A stretch of DNA of 63,300 nt, the filler included, from an uncultured Methanosarcinales archaeon (GTDB lineage: Archaea; Nanobdellota; Nanobdellia; Woesearchaeales; JAGLXL01), in the NCBI GenBank assembly GCA_964472345.1. It is 8 parts of 8 records of this genome, joined end to end, with 100 filler letters (N's around TTAATTAATTAA, not from the genome) between each part and the next. Parts side by side here need not be neighbours in the genome. Positions count along the whole stretch, not along the records: positions 18,047 to 26,280 come from CAYYLB010000056.1; positions 26,381 to 34,435 come from CAYYLB010000057.1; 6 more parts are not named here. One strand, 5' to 3'. Made by a program: the position numbers and the translations under genes. Below are positions 20,155 to 31,550 of the stretch, in pieces; position 1 is the stretch's first letter, and each line of letters begins with the position of its first letter. A model generated the notes under the pieces. That model was not told where the DNA came from. It made no database searches and saw nothing but the letters and a program-made list of their open reading frames with translations.

Positions 20155-20772
20155 ATGGTGCTGCTTACCAAAACGCAGGCGAGAATACTGCAGGTCTTCA
20201 CAGGCCGCATCACCGATGTGTTCTCCATACGGGAGGTAGGAAAGCTGCTTGGGATGAACCATTCGCTGGTGCACCGGGCGATAACGCCGCTCATCGAGAA
20301 ACACGGACTCCTCGTGCGGAACAAGCGGGGTTCCCTTTCCATTGACTACCGAAGGAATCATGATATTCTTGCCTATGTCGAATGCCTGAGGAGAAACGAC
20401 TTCTTGCGGAAGCCGCGAAACGCTGACGTTGCCCTTGTTCTTACCGAAGCGGTCAAGAGACTCCAGGAGGAAGCTTTCGTTCTGCTGGTATTCGGATCAG
20501 CGGTTGATACTGCCAAACCAAGGGACATTGACATCCTGCTGATCGTAAACGACGCCGGGAAAACAGAGCCATCAGAACTCTTCCTTCGGAACCTCTCCAG
20601 CAACTACGGGCTGGGTGAAAGACTCCATATTCTTTCCATTTCCTACGAGAGCGTCTACGAGATGCTGAGCAAGAGAGAGCAGCGAAATATCCTGAACGAG
20701 GCGCTTAACAGGCACGTCATCATCCATGGCGCAGAGCTCTTTTACCGCCTGCTTGCAAAGGGAAGAACATGA
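20155..20772 (+). CDS. wHTH plus minimal nucleotidyltransferase (MNT) antitoxin-like protein
   Basis: N-terminal HTH; LVFGSA...RDIDILL. Confidence 0.82.
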   Translation: MVLLTKTQARILQVFTGRITDVFSIREVGKLLGMNHSLVHRAITPLIEKHGLLVRNKRGSLSIDYRRNHDILAYVECLRRNDFLRKPRNADVALVLTEAVKRLQEEAFVLLVFGSAVDTAKPRDIDILLIVNDAGKTEPSELFLRNLSSNYGLGERLHILSISYESVYEMLSKREQRNILNEALNRHVIIHGAELFYRLLAKGRT

Positions 20773-21353
20773 TGCTGGAAGACCAAAAACTCAGGGAGAT
20801 CCGGAAGAGGGTGCAGGGCTACATCGCAGAAGAGACCATCAAAACAAAGAACCCGCCAGCGTACGTTGATTTCTTCCTGAAGAATGCCGAAGATTCGCTC
20901 AACAGCGCCCAGTGCCTTTATGACATCTCTACGAATAAACGCTTTCAAGAGCAGACTGGTTACATCGGGCTTAACGGATTCCTGTGGGTGATTAATGCCA
21001 GCTATTACTCCATGTTTTATAACGTGCGGGCACTGATGGAGCGCTCGGGCATCAGGATACGATCAGACCTCTCGATTCATGCCCGAACATTTGACGTGTT
21101 TGTGCATTTCTTCTATCTCACGGGGAAGCTCCAGAAGGAGTTATTCCGGCAGTACGCTGAAGCAAGTGAGGAGGCGGCAGAGCTGCTCGGCAAGCAAAAG
21201 GCAGACGAGCTGGTCATGGGATATTTTTATGAGAAAGGAAAGAGGGCCGCACTCACCTACCAGACGGGGCAGATTGCACTGCAAAGCAAGGCAAAAACGT
21301 CCCTCGAAAGGGCGCAGCAGTTCAACAGGGAAATGAGGAAACTGCTGAAATGA
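20769..21353 (+). CDS. HEPN-domain protein
   Basis: SYYSMFY, IH, KRAALTY (Rx4Y); ATGA overlap with the MNT gene. Confidence 0.78.
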   Translation: MMLEDQKLREIRKRVQGYIAEETIKTKNPPAYVDFFLKNAEDSLNSAQCLYDISTNKRFQEQTGYIGLNGFLWVINASYYSMFYNVRALMERSGIRIRSDLSIHARTFDVFVHFFYLTGKLQKELFRQYAEASEEAAELLGKQKADELVMGYFYEKGKRAALTYQTGQIALQSKAKTSLERAQQFNREMRKLLK

Positions 21354-21388
21354 GCGCGAGCGACAGCATCGCCGGCACGGTGAAGTGA

Positions 21389-22285
21389 ATGGATAAGCTC
21401 CGCTTCGGCACCGCAGGCATCCCGATCAGCACGCCGGGGAAAGGGACGACGATTGACGGGATCCGGCACGTCCGCACGCTCGGCCTGGACGCGATGGAGC
21501 TCGAGTTCGTGCAGAGCGTCAATCTGACAGAGGCGAAGGCGGCGGAAGCGAAGGAAACAGCGAAAAAAAATGATGTTGTCCTGACCTGCCATGGGCAGTA
21601 CTATGTCAATCTCAACGCACAGGATGCTGCAAAGCTGCAGGCGAGCGTCCAGCGCATCCTCAAGGCGTGTGACATCGCCAGCAAGGCAGGGGCGTGGAGC
21701 ATCTGCTACCATATGGCTTATTACATGAACCAGGATAAAGAAGATGTCTATCAGCGCGTCAAGGCGCAGGCGAAAGAAATCGTGAAGAAGCTCAAGGACG
21801 CCGGCAATCCCATCTGGCTGCGGCCGGAGACCGGGGGCAAGCTCACGCAGTTCGCGGACATCGATGATCTCATCCGGCTGAGCCAGGAGGTGGAGCAGGT
21901 GCTGCCGTGCATCGACTGGGCGCACCATTATGCGCGGAGCAACGGGGCGGTGAACGATGCCGCTTCATTCGGCTCCATCCTGCAAAAGATTGAAAAAGGG
22001 CTCGGGACTGAAGCGCTGCGGAACATGCACATGCATATCGAAGGCATTGAGTACACGGAAAAGGGCGAGCGGAACCACCTCACGTTTGCCCAATCGGATT
22101 TTAACTACCGGGAGCTGCTGAAGGCATGGAAAGAGTTTAAGCTCAAAGGGGTCGCGATCTGCGAAAGCCCCAACATCGAGGAGGATGCGCTGCTGGCAAA
22201 ACGTGTGTGGAGGGGCGGGGGGTTTTCTCAAGAAACAGGGCTTCGCCATGGGAGCGTTCTGCCGCAACGACCAAAAGGTATATAA
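21389..22285 (+). CDS. nfo: Endonuclease IV (AP endonuclease family 2)
   Basis: RFGTAGIP, ELEFV, HGQYYVNL, PETGGK, CIDWAH, HMHIEGI, GERNH, ICESPNIEEDA. Confidence 0.9.
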   Translation: MDKLRFGTAGIPISTPGKGTTIDGIRHVRTLGLDAMELEFVQSVNLTEAKAAEAKETAKKNDVVLTCHGQYYVNLNAQDAAKLQASVQRILKACDIASKAGAWSICYHMAYYMNQDKEDVYQRVKAQAKEIVKKLKDAGNPIWLRPETGGKLTQFADIDDLIRLSQEVEQVLPCIDWAHHYARSNGAVNDAASFGSILQKIEKGLGTEALRNMHMHIEGIEYTEKGERNHLTFAQSDFNYRELLKAWKEFKLKGVAICESPNIEEDALLAKRVWRGGGFSQETGLRHGSVLPQRPKGI

Positions 22286-22311
22286 ACTGGTATGTATATA
22301 TGTAAAATAAA

Positions 22312-22851
22312 ATGGACATACATAAACTAAAGTGGACCATACTTGGACAGGACATCTTTTCGCTCCTCTGCCGCAAGGCAGGAGAGCGGCTGAGCCAGCG
22401 GGAAATCGCCAAACTGTTGCATGTGTCGCCAACTGCAGTTGCGAACGCTCTTCCCGCGCTTAAAGAAGGGAGCCTCATCAAGGTTGAGAAGACCAAGACG
22501 ATCAATTTCGTCTCGCTGAACCGGGATGGGCAGAAGGCCATCGAGCTCAAGCGGGCAGAAAACCTCAAAACTATCTCTGTTTCCGGCTTATCCGATTATC
22601 TTTATCATGCGCTTGCGGGCGGAACGATCATTCTCTTTGGCAGTTATTCACGAGGAGAGGATACTTCCACATCAGATATTGACATTGCCGTCATCGGGAG
22701 GGATGACAAGGTGCTTGAGCTTGAAACCTACGAGAGAGCCCTCCAGCGGAAGATCCTGGTGAACTTCTATCGTTCATGGGCCGCAATCCACCGGCACCTC
22801 AGAAACAACATCCTGAGCGGCATCGTCTTGCACGGAAGCGTTGAGCTATGA
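22312..22851 (+). CDS. wHTH plus MNT antitoxin-like protein
   Basis: SQREIAKLLHVSPTAV HTH; ILFGSYSRGED..SDIDIAV. Confidence 0.88.
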   Translation: MDIHKLKWTILGQDIFSLLCRKAGERLSQREIAKLLHVSPTAVANALPALKEGSLIKVEKTKTINFVSLNRDGQKAIELKRAENLKTISVSGLSDYLYHALAGGTIILFGSYSRGEDTSTSDIDIAVIGRDDKVLELETYERALQRKILVNFYRSWAAIHRHLRNNILSGIVLHGSVEL

Positions 22852-23306
22852 GGCAGACCAAACGCTTTGAAGAGTTCGTACGCGAGGGGATTGTCCGAAG
22901 AGTCACCAGAGACCCTGAGCGGGCGAGGAGCCTCGTTCTCGAAGCAGAAAGGAAGATGCGCTCGTTGCATGAGCAGCTGGAAAAGCTCGGCGTGAAGGAC
23001 GAAAACGCCAACGACTATGTCGAATACTGCTACGACATCCTGATGTACCTGCTGCGGGCAAGTCTCTATATGAACAGGTATGCTGCAGGCGGGCAAGGGG
23101 CGCATGAAGCCGAGGTTGCATATCTCCGCGTACTGGGGTTTGCCGAAGAAGAGGTCCAGTCCGCCAACCAGATGCGCTATTTCAGAAACGGAATCCTGTA
23201 TTACGGCTCTTCCCTCGATAAGGAATATGCGAAAAAGGTCGTTGCATTTATGAAGAGAAAATACCCTCAATTAAGGGAGATGGTGGAACGCCATGGCACG
23301 CACTGA
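22848..23306 (+). CDS. HEPN-domain protein
   Basis: AHEA, RYFRNGILYYG; coupled to the MNT gene. Confidence 0.78.
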   Translation: MRQTKRFEEFVREGIVRRVTRDPERARSLVLEAERKMRSLHEQLEKLGVKDENANDYVEYCYDILMYLLRASLYMNRYAAGGQGAHEAEVAYLRVLGFAEEEVQSANQMRYFRNGILYYGSSLDKEYAKKVVAFMKRKYPQLREMVERHGTH

Positions 23307-23784
23307 TGAAAAGGCGGGCGGCGACGTCCGCAAGCTTCGGATTACGAAGCCGACACTCGCGGCAGATGCCGCATTCATCAAAGCAAGCTACGATACGTGG
23401 ACGGAATGGAAAGAGGATCCTCTCGGCTACTGGCTGATCCGCGTCGACACGGAGAAGAAGCAGATCGAGGCGGGCTTCTGCAGATCAGGCAACGTCATCG
23501 AGGTCGTCGTCACCGGCAATGACGGAGAGGCGATCTACAACACCATCATCCGCAACGGGCTGGTGGGGAGCCTGCAGCATGCCGCGTACCTTGGCTATGA
23601 GCTGCACAAGGCGGAAATCGCGCTGAAGCTCGGCCTGCGCTACGTCCAGGACCGGCCGCATCTGGTGGGAGCGCACACTCATCCTGAAGCGGGGCACGCA
23701 CGGAATGCCTCCTCGGCAAGCCACGAAGCCGCAGCCCAGGAACCTCGCCAACGGCGCCTCGCGCACGGAAAAAGAGATAAATAA
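23293..23784 (+). CDS. DUF4346-like protein
   Basis: EDPLGYWLIR...HAAYLGYELHKAEIAL..YVQD. Confidence 0.75.
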   Translation: MARTDEKAGGDVRKLRITKPTLAADAAFIKASYDTWTEWKEDPLGYWLIRVDTEKKQIEAGFCRSGNVIEVVVTGNDGEAIYNTIIRNGLVGSLQHAAYLGYELHKAEIALKLGLRYVQDRPHLVGAHTHPEAGHARNASSASHEAAAQEPRQRRLAHGKRDK

Positions 23785-23816
23785 CTGCAGCGCACCCGGA
23801 TTTTCTTATAAGTACC

Positions 23817-24518
23817 ATGGCCATCCTGAACAAGACCACTGCCTTCATCGAGCGCATCACGCAGCACTGCGCAGACACCAAAAGCTTCCTCCTGAGGCCC
23901 GAGAAGCCGTTTTCCTACACCGCGGGCCAGTTCCTGATGCTCAGCATCCCGCACAACAACCGCATCGTGCGCCGCGCGTACTCGATCGCATCGCCGCCGG
24001 GAAGCGGGACGGTCGAGATTTGCCTCAACTACCTTCCGCAGGGTGCTGCATCAGAGTTCCTGTTCAACGCGAAGGAGGGCACGCCAGTTGAGGTTGACGG
24101 CCCTTACGGCGTCTTTACCGTAAAAAGCTCGTCCAGCGACAGGCTCTTCATCGCAACGGGGACAGGCATCGCGCCGATCCGTGCCATGATCATGGATCTC
24201 CTGCAGCAGCCGGTACCGCAGCGTATCACCCTTATCTTCGGCGAGCGCACGGAAACGGAGCTGCTCTACCGCAGGGAATTCGAGGCGCTTGCGCAGAAGC
24301 ACCGCCATTTCCGCTATGTCCCGGTGCTCAGCAGGGCTGCAGAGGGCTGGAACGGCGGGCGCGGCTACGTGCAGGATGCCATGCAAAAGTATTTAAAGGC
24401 CCCGAAAGAGGTTGATGTCTATATTTGCGGCCTCAGGGACATGGTGGACGATGTCAAAGGCAAGCTGCTGGCGATGGGCGTTGACGCGCGGAGCATCCTC
24501 ACTGAGAAGTTTGTCTGA
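23817..24518 (+). CDS. Ferredoxin-NAD(P)+ reductase-like FAD oxidoreductase
   Basis: GQF, RAYSIAS, GPYG, ATGTGIAP, YICG. Confidence 0.92.
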   Translation: MAILNKTTAFIERITQHCADTKSFLLRPEKPFSYTAGQFLMLSIPHNNRIVRRAYSIASPPGSGTVEICLNYLPQGAASEFLFNAKEGTPVEVDGPYGVFTVKSSSSDRLFIATGTGIAPIRAMIMDLLQQPVPQRITLIFGERTETELLYRREFEALAQKHRHFRYVPVLSRAAEGWNGGRGYVQDAMQKYLKAPKEVDVYICGLRDMVDDVKGKLLAMGVDARSILTEKFV

Positions 24519-24552
24519 GCTCTTCCGTGCGGCCGCTGGCGGTCACCGCCCA

Positions 24553-24705
24553 GGGGTTGGTGCGGAACTCCGGTCGCGCTGGGCGAAGACCCTCGTTCCG
24601 CCGCTCAGCTTCGGACTTTGCGGAGTCCTCAGGTCGCTTCGCTTCCCCTGCGTCGCCCGCGGCCGAGGTGATGGTCGCGCCAGCGCTGAATTCCGCACCA
24701 ACCCC
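24553..24705. mobile_element. MITE family B, copy 1
   Basis: TIRs GGGGTTGGTGCGGAA / TTCCGCACCAACCCC; flanking CACCGCCC at 24544-24551 and 24706-24713. Confidence 0.8.
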
Positions 24706-24727
24706 CACCGCCCCACAAAGGTATAAA

Positions 24728-26280
24728 ATGGCCACACTTCTTGAGCGGCTCCCTGTTAAGCCTGTGCACTACTCGCTGGTGTTTGAGCCGGACCTGAAAA
24801 GGTCAACGTTTGCAGGCGAAGCGGTGATAACTCTCCATGCGGCGCGGGAGACGGACGTGCTGGTGCTCAACGCCGCAGAGCTTGCGATCCAGGAATGCAC
24901 GATCCGCTGGAAGGGGAGGACGCTCAAGGCAGCGTGGACGCTGGATGAGAAGAACGAGGAGCTCACCATACGCCTGCACGAAAAAATCAGCGGTGAAGCA
25001 ACCCTGCAGCTGCGCTTCACCGGCACCCTGAACGACCACCTGCTCGGCTTCTACCGCAGCGAATACAAGGACGGGCGCGGGACGCACCTGCTGGCAACGA
25101 CGCAGTTCGAGGCGGCGGACGCCCGCAGAGCGTTTCCGTGCTGGGACGAGCCTGCGGCAAAGGCCACGTTCGACGTCACGCTCGTCGTTGACAACGGGCT
25201 TGAGGCGCTCTCGAACATGCCGCTTGCCGAACGGAAGACGGCGGGAAACAAGACGCTCTTCCGCTTTGCGCGGACGCCCGTGATGTCCACCTATCTGCTC
25301 TATCTTGGGGTCGGAGAGTTTGAGTTCCTTGAAGGGAATGAATGCGCGGTCGCGATCCGCATCGTCACGACACCGGGAAAGAAAGAGCAGGGAGCGTTCG
25401 CACTTGAGCTTACGAAAAAGCTCCTGCGGTTCTTCAATGACTATTTTGGCATACCCTACCCGCTGCCCAAGCTTGACATGATCGCAATACCTGACTTTGC
25501 CTCGGGGGCCATGGAGAACTGGGGAGCGGTCACTTTCCGGGAGACGCGGCTGCTGTTCGATCCGAAGACATCATCGCACAGCACGGAAAAGGACATTGCC
25601 GAAGTGATTGCGCATGAGCTTGCCCATCAGTGGTTCGGCGACCTCGTGACGATGCGCTGGTGGAACGATTTGTGGCTGAACGAGAGCTTCGCGACGTTCA
25701 TGGCAACGAAGGCAGTCGATCACCATTATCCCGAATGGGAGCTCTGGGAGCAGTTCCTGAAGCTCGCGATGGTCAGCGCGATGAGCCTCGACGGCCTGCG
25801 GAATTCGCACCCCATAAACGTGGACGTGCAGCGGCCTGCAGAGGTGAGGGAGATCTTCGACAGCATCAGCTATGACAAGGGCGGATCCATCCTGCGCATG
25901 CTGGAGGATTACGTCGGCGAGCAGGAATTCAGGAAAGGGCTTCAGCGGTACCTCGCGGAGCACCGCTATGGGAATGCGGCGACCCGTGACCTGTGGCGCG
26001 CGATAGGCACTGTTGCAGGCAAGCCGGTGGACGAGATGATGGGCAGCTGGGTTGAGCAGGCGGGATATCCTCTCGTGCAGGTTGAGAGGGCAGGCGGGAA
26101 GCTGAAGCTGAGCCAGCGGCAGTTCCTGCTTGATGGAGGAGAGACGGAAAGCATCTGGAGCCTCCCTCTCACGGTGCAGACGGGTGATAAGAAAATCACT
26201 GCGCTGATGGCAGAGCGCGAGATGCTGCTGGCGGCCTCTTCATCGCCCGTCAAGCTCAACGCCGGCCAGAAAGGGTTCTA
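24728..26280 (+). CDS. M1 aminopeptidase (puromycin-sensitive/tricorn-interacting type), 3'-truncated
   Basis: TQFE, GAMENWG, HELAH-x18-E, YDKG. Confidence 0.94.
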
Positions 26281-26380
26281 NNNNNNNNNNNNNNNNNNNN
26301 NNNNNNNNNNNNNNNNNNNNNNNNTTAATTAATTAANNNNNNNNNNNNNNNNNNNNNNNNNNNNNNNNNNNNNNNNNNNN

Positions 26381-27594
26381 AGGATGCCGTCTGCGGCAAC
26401 AATTCCTGCGACGTGCGTCCCGTGGCCGTGGAGGTCCATCGGATCAGCATCATCAGCAGCGCTGCCGCAGGGATCCACATCACCGCAGAAATCATACCCT
26501 CCGGCGAGCTTGCATCCCGTGCCGAGGCATCCGCCAAGATCGGGATGGGTGTAATCAACACCGGTATCGATAATCGCGACCGTCACGCCCTCGCCTTGGA
26601 TGCTCCTCCCGCCGGAATCTGTCCTGAGCCAGACATCATCCGCGTTGATGAGAGGGACTGATTTCGGCAGCAGCGCGTGCACTTCATAGTTTGGACGGAC
26701 CGCTTCGATGTCAGATGCAAAATCTTCTTTTTCGAAAAGCTCCTGCACATCTTCAAATGAAAGCTCAGGAAGCAGCAGCGCCATGCCGTGGAGGCTGTTC
26801 TCGTACTCCCGGAGAGTCTCATACGCAACACCGCGCTCCTTCAGCAGGCCCAGAACCCGCTGGCGCTGCTTCCGCAGCTCGTTGCGGTACTCTGCCATCT
26901 CAGAAACAAACTGGCCGAATGGCTCCTGCTGGCTCACTGCAGCCCTCTCACGTTCTCCGCTCTCTTCCGCCACAGCAGCCGGCCCATCAGGGGACTGCTC
27001 ATTCCCCATGATCCTGCCCCCATCCCCTTTGCTCTTTCCCTGGCTTTCATCGCCAACCCCTTTGTTCTTCTCTTGGCCCACCGCCTCCTGAGCGCCCCGG
27101 ACGTTATTCTCGTCAGCTGCTTTCTGTGCGGCTTTTCGCTCTTTCGCTAACCGGGAGATCTGCGCACCAAACCTTTCGGCGATGGATTCTCCTTTCAGCC
27201 GGACAATGACCCCATTCGAAGCGGGTTTGTCTGCCGTTTCCTCCTCATCAGAAACTTCCGGCAGCGGCTCCTGCTCTTTCCCAAGCTCAATGATGACTGG
27301 TGCAAGAGGCTGCTCTTCCTGGGAGCCATCACTGCCGGAATCCGCCGCAATATCTTCTGTAGCAGTATCAGTAAATACAAGACCTGCCGTTGAAATTGCC
27401 TCGCCGCCCGAAGCACCCGCGATAGGTGTTGCAGCAAGCGATCCAAGAACGGCAAACGCGCGGCCAACAGAACCGAGATGCGCCCCCCCTGTTCCCGTGG
27501 AAGCGAAGACCATCAGCAGCCCAAAAACGGCGACAAGAGCAACAATACTAAAAAGGGCGGAATACACAAAACTCTGCCTGCTTCTCTCTCCCAT
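26381..27594 (-). CDS. S8 subtilase with TM anchor and propeptide, 3'-truncated
   Basis: VAIIDTGVDYTHPDL, HGHGTHVAG; N-terminal TM. Confidence 0.9.
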
Positions 27595-27804
27595 CCGCTG
27601 CCTGCCTCTTTTTGAACGATGACTCAGCAGGTACTCAAACAAGTTCCCTTTATAAAAGCTTCCGTTCCCTATCAAAAAACCATAATTGCTTTGGTTGATG
27701 GAGTTCATGGTGTGTACCTCGCTGCCTATCACCCCTCCAGGCTATCTCACCCCATCACCGTCTTTTTACTGTTGAATGAAAAAAGGAAAAAACAAATGAT
27801 GTGC

Positions 27805-30800
27805 TCACCTTCTCCGCAGCGCCATGAGCACACCCAGTACCGCTCCGAGCGCAAGCACCACGACGGCCGCAGTCCGAACCGCTCCGCTGCCGAATGGCGC
27901 CGCAGCCGCAGCACCCGTCAGTGCATTGCCGCTGATGATCGCGTTTCCGAAGCTCGCTTGCTCGTTCTGGGCTGGCGCAGTTTGCGTGCTTGCTGCCGCT
28001 TGTCCGGCTGGCTGCTGCACCGCAGTGCTCGCCGCTGCCCCCTTGCAGAATGGCCGGTCAGTTGTCGAGCTCGGGAAGCTGCACGTCGCAACGCTTCCTG
28101 CACCACAGCTCAATGCCTGCACAAGCTCAGCGCACGTCGGGCCGGAAACTGCCGGGGGCGCTGTCACGACAACCGTCCTTCGCCCCCCCCCCCCCCCCCC
28201 CCCCGCCGCGCCCCTATTTTTTTTTTCACCGCCCCGCGCCCCCCCCCCGATATACCCCCACCACCGCCGCCCCCGGCAACTCAAACCACCGGTTGCCCCC
28301 CACCCCCGCCGCCACCTGTATTGCCATTATTGTTGTTGTCATCGCCAGGCGTCTCCTCGACGATATACTCCGACCACTGCGTCACCGTGAAGTTCACCAC
28401 ACCGTTGGCAAAGCTGAAGTTCTGGCACCGCGGCGCCTCGCACACCTGGTTCGGCCCGCCATTGCCGTCGTTGAAAACCACGCGGGGGTTGCCGAACGGC
28501 ACATTGGGGAATGTCAGCGTCGCGCTCGTGTTCAGTCCGGGAACCGCAGCGGAGTCCAGCGATGCTGATGTCGGCGTGACGCTCAGCAGCGAGCCATTGA
28601 CGGCAACATCACCCGTCAGCGTGGCAGTTGGAAACAGCACCTGCGCGCCGCTCCCGTCGCCGAAGGCGACATTGCTCAGCGTCAGCGTCCCGTTCTCCAG
28701 CGTGATGCTCATGCCGGGAGTGTTGACGACCAGGTTGTTCATGCTCCCCACGCTGTTCTGGACGAGCAGCTGCGGGCTGCCGGCAAGGATGCAGTTGTTC
28801 ACCTGGATGCCATTCGCGCCGACAATGCTGAGGTTGGCAATGGTGCTTTCGTCGCAGTTCAGCGTCGTGTTCGTCTCGTTGAGCATCACGGTGCCGTTCG
28901 TCTGGTTTGTCAGGTTGATGACCGGCGGGGCCGCAGTGACGATGAAGGTGGTGCTTTCGGTTCTGTTATCCGAGATAGAATTATCAGTAATTGCAATAAC
29001 GACAACCGTCCAGACCCCAACCTCAGTCGTTGAGTCTGTTGCGAAGTCGGTGCTAAAGATGGTCCCGATGCTCCCATCACCCGTCACCATCATCTGCTGT
29101 GTCACCGCGCCGCTCGGAGAAGTGAAGTTGGCGATCACGCTATCTATATTAAGCTCATTGGTAACATTCGCACTGATGGTGGTTATATCCCCTTGCTCAA
29201 TCGTTGATGGGTTAGCACTTAAATTTTGCACATTTATTGGGGATACAAGGGTGATCGTGGCCGTTTCACTGGCATTGATATTGGCAGAAGTATCCGTTGC
29301 AATAAATCGAACGACATAAGTACCAAACTCAGGAAAGGTTGATTCTGAAAAGCTTACGAGATAATATCCAAAAGGTGGAGTAGGCACTACCACCTGCTGC
29401 GCAGTAATCGCTCCGCTTGGCGAAGTTAAGGTTGCGATGACACTACTCAGTCCGACGTTATCAGTCACCACCGCAGCCACCATCGCACCATCTGCTGAAC
29501 CTACGAACAACATTTGCGGCGAACTAAAAATCATCACACTTGGCACAGTCGTATCATCCACCGTAATCGTCACCGTATCGGTCGCGGTGTTTCCCGCAGC
29601 ATCCGCAACCGTCAGCGTCACCAAATAAACACCCGGCGTCGCAAACGTGTAAGTTGGTGCAACACCAGTCAACGTTTGCGCCGTCCCGTCCGTGAACGTC
29701 CACGTGTAGCTTGTGATGCCGACACTATCCGTCGAGCCTGAGCCATCAAATGTGACCAGCGTGTCCTCATTCACCGTCTGGTCTGGGCCAGCGTTTGCTG
29801 TTGGCACAGTCGTATCCGGCGCCGGAACAACCTCAAACGTCGTGCTTTCGGTATTGTTAATCGCGGCAAGCCTACCAGTCTCTAGAGAAGTACTTGAAGC
29901 AACAACAACCGTCCAGACTCCAATCTCAGTCGTTGAGTCTGTCGCGAAATCGGTGCTAAACCCGACACTAGATACTCCTATCATAATCTGCTGCGTCACC
30001 GCGCCGCTCGGAGAAGTGAAGTTGGCGAGCACGTTATCTAACAAATCACTAGGCTCAGTAGAAACATTCGCACTGATGGTGGTTATATCCCCTTGCTCAA
30101 TCGTTGATGGGTTAGCAGTTACATTTTGCACAGCTATTGGGGATACAAAGGTGATCGTGTTCGTTTCACTGGCATTGACATTGGCAGAGGTATCCGTTGC
30201 AATAAATCGAGCGACATATGTACCCAACTCAGGAAAGTTTGAGCTATTAGTTGAAAAGCCTGTGCTATACCTTCCCGAAGCAAGCACTGCCGTCTGCTGC
30301 GCCGTAACCGATCCGCTCGGCGAAGTTAAGGTTACTATGACACTGCTCAGTCCAATGTTATCGGTCACCGTTGCATATACACTCATAGTAGATGGCCGTC
30401 CCAATCCCAATTCGACATCGACAAACACTTGCGGCGGGTATAACACTCCTACCGACGGTGGTGTAATATCATTCACCGTAATCGTCACCGTATCGGTCGC
30501 GGTATTCCCCGCAGCATCCGCTACCGTCAGCGTCACTAAATAAACACCCGGCGTAGCAAACGTGTAGCTCGGTGAAGCTCCCGTGAGAGTCTGCAGCGTA
30601 ACGTCCGTGAATGTCCATGTAAAGCTTGTGATGCCAACATTATCGCTCGAGGCAGATCCATCAAACGCCACAAGCGTGTCCTCGCTCACCGTCTGATCAG
30701 GGCCGGCGTTTGCTGTCGGAGCAGTCGTGTCCGGAAGCGTCAGCACAAAATTTGAAAAATCAGGGTGGGTGAGAAGTACGCCGTCGTCTCGTCTGAAGAA

Positions 30801-31211
30801 AACAGTGATGTTTGCCGCATACGTGCCTGCGGTGACGTTCCCTGCATCTATGGATTGCTGGCTGATATTCCAGCTACCACGCCACTGAGATTGGCTCATG
30901 TCAGCCGGCGTCACATTGACAAGTTGTCCCGAAGATGCAAATCCGCCAACTCTACCTGAGGGCTGGGTAATATCAAAATAGACAACGAGAATGGGTTGTG
31001 TGGTGTCGAGCGTATGCCCCACCGTGCTCGGATCGATGAGCACCTCAATAGGGATAAGTGCTCCTGCGGAAATTTCAAACGAGCCCGTCGGCTGCACAAC
31101 CTGGACAGTATCTGCCGTACAGCCTGAGCAGTCAGCAGCGAGAGCGCTCTGAGCGCCGAGAAAGGCAAAAGCAGCGAGCAGAACAAAAAAGATGATCCCA
31201 TTCATCATCAT
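27805..31211 (-). CDS. Surface glycoprotein with PKD/Ig-like repeats and C-terminal anchor; apparent break near 28180-28285
   Basis: Signal peptide; two PKD motifs (ANAGPDQTV..TPGVYLVTLTVADAAGN); many NxS/T sequons; Gly linker; C-terminal TM + RRR in ORF 27805-28284. Confidence 0.8.
29005..30733. repeat. About 900-bp intragenic tandem duplication
   Basis: Long near-identical blocks at about 900-bp offset, e.g. 29163-29218 versus 30063-30118. Confidence 0.85.
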
Positions 31212-31550
31212 TCCCCGATCCAAAAATTTTTTACCAGTTACCATTCGGACCAACCCCCGTTTTTTGTGCGAGCTTCATAAGGTTCCGTTCTTGTTTTTTT
31301 GTCAGCTTCATGAAACGAACATCCCCTCTGGCGGCACCATCAGGAAGGGGCGGCTTCTCAGCACCACCATGGGGCGTGTTCATCGTATGCTTACGGTCAA
31401 AACAAATATTTAAGTCGTCGGCGGGCAGCTGCGGGCAGAAGAAGGAAACCGGGGGCAGGATGTCAAAGAAAAACAAAAAAGCGGCTGAAAAGGCGCCCAT
31501 TCCGGGCAGATGATGAAAGTTACTTTACGCAGAAACGCCTGTGAAGAGCC

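Noticed and set aside
24527..24727. N-terminal extensions of the aminopeptidase, NadC (to 42188), PGK (37718) and helicase (to 57100) in the ORF track
   Set aside because: They run through MITEs, promoters or gaps. Family motifs and TATA spacing support the shorter starts.
28180..28285. Programmed frameshift or phase variation at the poly-C tract splitting the surface protein gene
   Set aside because: The garbled C/T homopolymers look like low-quality sequence across a Gly linker (similar poly-G at 34590-34635). An assembly artefact is more likely; read-level data would be needed.
27619..29319. Long antisense or alternate-frame ORFs (also 251-1183, 3807-5036, 40824-42059, 44004-45563, 45455-46813)
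   Set aside because: They are shadow ORFs of GC-rich genes on the opposite strand and show no motifs.
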